A stretch of 64,000 nucleotides of DNA from the human T2T-CHM13v2.0 reference genome, Homo sapiens. The notes below the pieces were generated by a model. That model was not told the DNA's origin, searched no databases, and worked only from the letters and a program-made list of their open reading frames with translations. This document shows positions 55,940-64,000 of the stretch, one piece after another. The DNA lies in the NCBI RefSeq assembly GCF_009914755.1, contig NC_060928.1; one strand, written 5' to 3'. Both the position numbers and the translations under genes were made by a program. Every line of letters starts with the position of its first letter. Positions within the stretch are counted from its first letter, which is position 1.

Positions 55940-57990
55940 CTGACATGAAAATCTTAAGCAGGCCATTTATTAAAATCTTTCAGTAAATAATTCACCGAGC
56001 AGCTAAGCCCCAACCAAAAAAAAAAAAACAGAAAAAGACCCCAAAAAGTGACTTTTCTCCACACTCCAGGGTTTCAGTGCTGGCTTAGAAGTCATGTTCA
56101 GCCACATTTCCAAAATTCTTCAGTCCCTTTTGTTGGGAATTAAAGGGTATGTAGAAGGAAAAAGGGTAGAAACTTGAACTATGCTATGAGATCTAATATT
56201 GAAAATGAAAAGTCTTGACGTGAGAAGCCTGTGATTTCAAATATGAGGCCTAAAGCTGGTTGATAAACACAATATGAAAATCAGAGACCAAAGGCTGCCA
56301 GGGGTATATCTGCTTAATGTATTGCAAGAACGTGTGCTGTAGATGCCTGGGGCCAGGGGAAGACATGTGTACAGAAGGATGAACAACAGAACCGCTTGGT
56401 CCATTTCTCCTGCCTATAAAATCCTGAAATCCTGTTTTTCAGGTTGTACTCCATTAGCTCTCTTTAAAAAAAAAAAACAAAAAACAAAAAACCAACTTTT
56501 AAATTTGAGGAATATTTTTACTGCTAACATTCCATCTCCTTTAACTTTTTCATCAGCACATCCGGAGCCCGCAGCATGAATGTCACAGACTGTAATCATT
56601 ATTGCAACAATAATGAAATACATTCTTTACCACAATTTACCACTATTACATATATTACATATTTACCACTATTAATATGTTGGCTGTGATTGAAGGTGGG
56701 CGAAGGGATCTTACAGTAGAGACAGACCCCAGCTCAGATCATGTATTGCAATATGTGTTTACGGTGCCTGGTATACAGCAGGCACATAATAAATGTTGAG
56801 CCCACCCCTTGAAAGCTGGTTTAAGAGTGAATCCTTTGGACCTTAAAATGTATTTTCCCATAGAAAATACGTCATTCGTAATACATGGATTCTGAAGCGA
56901 ACCCACAGTCACTATTTATTTCATTATATGCTAGGTATACAATGAAATAATCCACATTTTCTACCTTATTAGTGTACAGATTCTTCCTTGATGCTTACTT
57001 CTTCTTCACAGTCACCCTAGGAGTAGGTACATCCCATCATAACTCTCTATATTTTAGAGATGAGGAAGTCAGATACTGTAAAAAGTTACTTTAGTGATTA
57101 AGAACAAAACCAAAGGAATGTGTCTTGAAATCTTTGGGGTTTTGCATCTTTCCTGACCCTCCTCTTCCTCCACCTGCTCCATGCCTCAGTGGTAGCTCTG
57201 GCAAAGCCACTGGTGAGTTTTCCTGGGGGAGACGTCATGTAGGCAAGTCTCACACTTTCCCTTTTAGTGATGACATTTTGGAGTGTCTTTTAGGTATGCT
57301 CAGATTTACCATAAGCATAATGAAAAACTTGACTTCTCCCTATAGATGGATTACCTTTCTGGAGGTACCCTCGACATTCAAGAAAGTCCGAGGGTTTGTT
57401 TGTTTGTTTGTTTGTTTTTTTGGTTGTCAGTGAACAAACTGCCTTTTAAACAATTAACTCTTGGCTTCTTGGTGAGAAGCAAACTCAAAGCCACAAGGAG
57501 TTAGGCTTAAATAACCTGTTGGAAAGGGCTGTCAGAGTACAGGATTCAAAGATGCTATCAGCCGAGGATGGGAATGAAAGAGAGGAGAGGATGTCTTCGC
57601 TGTAGTAGTTTGACTTGTTAACTAGCTCTAGCAGGCTTAAGTCAGTTGTGGGGACCAACTCTCAGAGACTATTTCCTAAATGTTGACTCTGCCTCATGCA
57701 GTGGATGTTTTGAGAATGCTTCTGGCTTCCTCAATCTCTGTAGCTGATACATTTCTTGTAGCCACATTGAGGCCCTGGCACAGGAAAGCTACTCAGTTCT
57801 TCTCAATCTGGCCCAGTCATCTTATTTCTGCCATTGCCCTATACATTTGAAATCTTAAATGTTCTAAATATCTTAAAGCAATGAAATAGATTCAAGTGTT
57901 TCTAACTTAGAAAAAGTAAAAGAGAGAGCAAAATAATACAGCTTTTAAATCACCTGTATTCTATACGAATTATTTTAAAAAGAAAATACT

Positions 57991-58440
<450 letters not shown>

Positions 58441-58982
58441 TTAAAGTGAATTTTATTCCCATCTTTGCGGCAAATGCCCAGGGTCCCCCAAAAAAGGGCA
58501 TGCTCAAGTCCCCCACAGTCGAAATCTGCTAATCCAGAATGAAAATGGAATCATTAGGATAAAATTATCGAGTGTGTTCAGGAGCGGCTATGCCAGTGAA
58601 TTTCCAGCCTGAAATGAAATCATGACTTAGGTGTATTTATGAGTATCTGTTTTAAAAACCACTGTGATAGCTAGCTATCACCTCAAATTTTGAAGTCGTT
58701 TCGTTGAGTGTGAAAAAAAGGAGAAGACATTTCAAAGTGCATTTAGCTATTTAAAAACCCTTTATTCACTGAGTGTGCTGCTGATTATTACATGTCTGTG
58801 GAAGCTTCTGGAGCCAGTGGTGGAGAGGCAGATGTGAATAATCAGTCGAGATGTATATTGATATGACATTATGAACCAACAGAGGAAATCCATTAACGAC
58901 ATCATTTGCTCTTCCTCTGGGGCTCAATTTATAATTATTTATGTTCCAAACAAAACAAAACAAACCCTTTTTGCTCTTTTAG

Positions 58983-59178
58983 TACTCGGGAGAGCCTGGC
59001 TTCCAACACATCAAGCATTGTTGAAAGTAACCGTCGTCAGAACCCCGCTTTGAGCCCGGCCCATGGTGGAGCTGGTCCAGCCTTCAACTTCCGAGCGAGC
59101 GCGGAGCCCCCGACAAATGAAGCTGAGAAGCTACAGAAACCTTCCAACTGCTTGCAAGCTTCTGTTACTAGCGTGTGA
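58983..59178 (+). CDS. STOX2: STOX2 terminal coding exon 4 (196 bp coding incl. TGA)
   Basis: Acceptor ctttttgctcttttag|TACTCGG completes the CG|T Arg codon from exon 3. Reads TRESLASNTSSIVESNRRQNPALSPAHGG...LQASVTSV*. Confidence 0.96.
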
Positions 59179-62100
59179 TTGTCCTTCTGCCTCAGATCTT
59201 CTGTCTCATTCGATACAGCAAAGTTTACGACACTGGGACTGATGTTTACATCTTTGGAAAGACAAGCATCTCAACCACAGTTTTTGTGTTTACTTAAACT
59301 GTGCTGCTAAGTAGGGCTAGGGCAAAAAAACAAAAAATCTTTATTTCAGAGTATTGCTTTTCACATTTATGGCTCTGTAGCAACTGAGTAACAGTAGGGG
59401 TGATATGTATACTTTTGCTTCACTAATTGTATCTGAGCACACATAGGAAAGTCTAGACACTGTAAGTGTAATACGCATTTTCAATGTCATGCAGTTGCCA
59501 ATTCCATTTTAAAATGCCACAGATGCGTGTTGCTCCCAGTCTGTGGTTAAACGGTGCCACAGAACTGATCCTTGACACTTCCAAAAAAAAAAAAAACAAA
59601 ACAAAACAAAAAAAATTTAAAAAAAAAAAACAAAAAACAAAACTAAGCTACCACGAAATGTCAAATGCAAGGGTCCACCTTGAGGGAAATAGATGCCAAA
59701 CTAACTAGAAGGGACCCCGGCCCTTTGTGTGTGAATTGTTTATGCACCAGTCATTTTTCACTGTGAGTTTTCGTGACACTATTTTGCAGGAGCCCATGGA
59801 AGTGTGTGAGAAGGGGTCGCAATGGAGATCGCTGGGAGTGAATGTTTTCAGGGTTTTGTTTTGAAGTGTCACAGATGCTTGTCTGATTTTTTTAACCTTC
59901 CGTGATCACAAACAGGAATATAGGCCTTTGAATCTGAAGTGGACAAAGGAAAGCAATTTCCAGTCTGGCTGGGGCACAGCATTAGGTGATTGAAAAGGTG
60001 ATGTGGACTTGTAAAAGGTGTTACTCAAATATTGAAGGAAGAGAATTTCCTCCTTGTGATACTTAGGATGACCCTATCTTACTCTAATAGATACAATAAT
60101 TAGTTTGTTTAAAAGCAAAATGTTCTTTGTGATACAAATGAAGAGTAGGGCCTGAGGATGTTATTCTTTCTAATGGAAGGACATAAATCTATTTTATGTA
60201 GTTTTAAATAGAATGCCTAAATTAGGCTGTGGGAGATAATTTTTAGTGGTTGTAGGAAAGAGCAAATTTAGGGAGTGTTGAACTTCAGGCCTTTTATTCC
60301 TGGGAAGATATCTATAGAGAAAACTTTTAAAATAATTTTTGATTAGAAATATACATGTGCCCATGTAATAAACAACAGAATGTGCTCATTCTGCTAGTGC
60401 GGTATAATCCGAATTTGTACTCCCCTAAAATTTATCAGAATAACAATTATGCATACATGAACTATGCCAGAGTAATGTTTACAGATACTTTGTAACCAAT
60501 TTCAGGAGGCGTTTTTAGCTGGATGTGTAGTTAATTAGACCAACTTATTTCCAAATGGTTTGTTAACATTTTGCTTTGGTTTACAATGTCATGTTGAACA
60601 CAAAGAAGACCCAGCAGCAAAGGGATGACCAATAATTTCATCTTATAGCAAGGAGACATTCCAACGTTCCCATGTTTTATTTTCTGAGAACAGTGGGACA
60701 GATCTGTAGTAATGGAATATTATTTGCAAAAGGGTTACATATGACACAAGTAAGTGTTCTGACATAAAGTTTTATTTAGTTCAGTGGCATGTGCTGTTGG
60801 GAGCCATACACCATAAAATATATATATCCCAAAATAAATCTAGAATATTTTCACCTCCAATTTCAGTAATTGGCATATGATTTGTGAGACGCATCTGTTT
60901 TTGTATGAGGTTTAATCACTAGCAATCTGTTTAAAGAATCCAGTCCTATACACAGTTGGACTCATTCTTGAAACCTTTAAATGCTCCCTCATAGTTTTTC
61001 AGTTATTTGGAAGTTGCATTGGGTCAAACTGAACTCCTTGAGTTTGGTGTAAATTCCTTTTTTCTGCTTATTATAGTGAAACTTCAGCATGTTTCTTAGT
61101 AAACTCCCATACCATTGAAATGCTTAAGCCAGTTGGCTTTCAGTCTCATGCCTTATTTCCTCCAAGGCATGCCTCAACGCATTGTTTGTCTCATTGCTTA
61201 AATATGTCCAGAAGGAATGATCATGTATCTAATAGACTACATAGTTGGTTCCCTTGGGGAGTTATATATCATACAGTTACTAAATATTTGTCTAAATTCA
61301 TTTTTTCCAAAAACCTGCTCTCAAATTTTTCTTCTACTCTCAGTTCATAAATAATATAACCATTGAAACAACACATCAGCCTCTAGCTGATCCTCTGAAA
61401 GTAGCCATTGAAATAATCGAATACTGTGTGAACAGGAAAGGAAAGCATTACCTTTAAGAGAAGCTTTAAAATAGGAATTTATTGATATTTCACAAGATAT
61501 AGGTTTACAGAAGACATTATTCAAATAAATACGTACACTATTTGCCTGATGCTATGGGGTACATAATTTTTTAAAAACTCCCTTAGACCAGCAGCCATTA
61601 GTGTAGAAATGATGGACTTTAAAGGTGATACCATGTAAGCAGATGTTGCATATAAAAATATTCCTGCCTGAATCTGATCGAGATTCTTGAATGGGGGAGG
61701 AGTGGCAGCCGGCAGCACATTGCAAATGTCATTCGAGGTCACGGTGAGGCTCTCGGTCCCGGAACAGTGGGGGCCTCGCCAGGCGTTGCCAGTATCCCTT
61801 TCCTCCTGTAAAATCATAGCTTTGTGTTACACGACTGCTTATCCAGTCTTAGGGTTTAGCAGCTGAAAGGTTTACAAAACTGAATCTGGTTGAATCTCTG
61901 TGAAAGGGTCAACACATCTGTCGGCATTTTGCACACTTATGTATTATGATACAACATATTACTTTATGGTAATTTTTATTTTTACATATAACTACCTCCA
62001 TAAATTTGATGAAATGGCAGCCGTGTGTTAAAGTGTATCGTTCAGAAGAGCAAAGTTGAACACTTCCTTCAACATTAGGGCATGGCGTGCTGTGTGTGTC

Positions 62101-64000
62101 AGTGATTGCCTCTGTGGACTCATGACTTTCCATCGCCATGGCTTTCTCTTACGCCGCTGTTTGGCTTTCAGATGTAATCCTGTCTTCTCCTCTCTTCCCC
62201 ACGAAAGCGCACTCGATTTTGTTAGGAATGAACGGAAGTTTAAAAATTCTTGTGCCCACCCCCGCCCTCCACCCATTCCTGTTAAAAGTTCTCTGGCGAA
62301 GAGCCAATGGGTGAACGTAATTGAAAGAGCTATTTACTCTTTTGGAAATCTGATTTGAAGTCTAAGTTTTCAGTAACAGAAGACACACAAGCAATGTGGA
62401 CTGCCAAGCTTGAAGCACTTCGGGCTCTGCCTTCACTCGCATGCTACCATGTCGAGCCCAAACTCCACTTTAATTAAAAGAGCTGTGCTGTGAATTCCAC
62501 AACTTCTGTTAAATAATTTGTATTCCATTATATATATTTTGCACATCTCAGGGGACCATAATGAACATATGAAAGGGGGGGGGGTGCCATCAAATAGAGA
62601 AAACAAATAGAAGAGGTGAATGGAGACTAGCTGGATAAAAATAACAAATTACTTCTTCTCTGATGTTGTGAAGGTCAGGTTCAGGAAGCATCAATTCACA
62701 GTTAATCCGGAGTAACAATGATCTGAACACCAGCTGTTCCCAGGTCCCTCTTTTTCATAGCCCAACCAGCATCTAAAATGTAAATTTAAATTACATTGCA
62801 GTCACCATGGGGAGAAGAAACCTGTTCAGTGGAAGCAGAAGCATTGTTCCTTTTTTAGGTTGGCGCAGCTTTGCAAAACTCTACCCAGGATAAACCACTT
62901 ATCACCACCAAGTGTACTTGAAAATAAAGTTTTTAACTTAAATTACAAGCATATTGCTTATAATACAATAGTGATCATTTTTTGAAAGTCTTGCCATTTA
63001 TAACATGGGCAGTATTTGGAGCTTCATTTAAAAACCAACAACAACCGATAATGACTTTGCACGATTCACTTTGGGATCTCAAAGTGCTTCCAAAGCATTC
63101 AGATTTACAAACAATTCACAAGACAGGTCATCTTTGTAATACCCATACTTACAACGAATTAACAAAAGGAGTGACTTAAGATTCTCCAGGAACACAGTGG
63201 CAGCTATTGATGATCTGTTTTCTATCTGTTTGATAGAGCATCATGAGAAATCACAAAATACAATGCTATTTTTCTGATGTGTGCTAATAAAGTCAAAGAA
63301 AACAAATACATCTTGACACTTTTGTCCATTTTCATTAAAAAAAAAAAAAGTTCAGGGTGTTTGGAATTTTACACCTCAGCACACCTTACTGGTATCAATG
63401 GATAAAGCGGGTGATTGACAGATCCACCCAAATGCCACTGCAGTCAGAAGCAGATCTGGACACACCCTTGTTTACAGTTTCATATTGGGTTGCTATAGTT
63501 CCCGTGCTAAATCACCAGCTTTCAGGAACATGACTGCTCCTGGCAGTGGAAGGTGCTGAAACAGAAATTTTAATTAAAAACTTTATCAAGTACTCTTCAC
63601 AGTGCTGCTTGGCACCATAGAAAATCAGTACAATATATCGAGCCCTACTTTGGAGGAGCTGGATTTCTGAGGGAGCTGATCCAGTTCTAAGTGTCTTCTC
63701 GAATTAGGAGATAGATGATCTTTGATGGGGATCTCCTCCGTCACCACAGGCCAGTCACAGAACCAACTAGCCACGTGCTGCCAGACCTCAGTGGGCCCAA
63801 GCAGGAGCAATCTCTTCTATCCCCCATCTCCCCCAGGACCATCCCCCCCATTGTCAATGTCATCCAGGGCTCTTCTGGTAGTGAGTGACTTTTCTGCACA
63901 TGTTTAGGGCTTGGGGGAGCTAGAACACAGGAAACATGAATGCAAAAGGCATGGAAAACACTGTTTTGCTTTGGGTTAGTAAAATGTGGGCAGGACAAAG
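59179..64000 (+). other. STOX2: STOX2 3' UTR (long; probably continues past the window end)
   Basis: Follows the stop codon and has no recognisable Alu/L1. Contains several AATAAA hexamers (60367, 60833, 61524, 62923, 63286) and many miRNA seed matches. The true 3' end cannot be fixed from sequence. Confidence 0.7.

Noticed and set aside
58906-58982. Upstream part of ORF 58906-59178
   Set aside because: Lies before the exon 4 acceptor, so it is intron sequence.

Overview
This is primate genomic DNA, almost certainly human (AluY and an AluYa5 are present). It covers most of STOX2 (storkhead-box 2, winged-helix family) on the + strand. The window starts inside the long first intron. Three coding exons can be read at GT-AG resolution: 43234-43386, 51063-53328 and 58983-59178. 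They are followed by at least 4.8 kb of transposon-poor 3' UTR. Canonical coding exon 1 lies upstream of the window. The intron holds about 20 Alus, a nested old L1 complex (~13.7-20.9 kb), MaLR LTRs, MER3/MER58, L2/MIR fragments and microsatellites. Most notable observations: (1) a probable internal promoter with a small alternative coding exon (30611-30730, MEPVQKGP-) in frame with exon 2 and overlapped by an out-of-frame uORF; (2) three alternative C-terminal ends placed right after a DSGFNS degron-like motif, only one keeping a PDZ-type -TSV tail; (3) a cluster of locally templated insertions, inverted duplications and hairpin fillers between 15 and 28 kb that look like fossil template-switch repair scars, one of which could form a long sense-strand RNA hairpin; (4) seven miR-30 seed matches in the 3' UTR. 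I see no evidence of a wholly new gene system, and most short ORFs in the track are repeat-derived noise. All alignments were done by eye, and repeat subfamily calls and boundaries are approximate.
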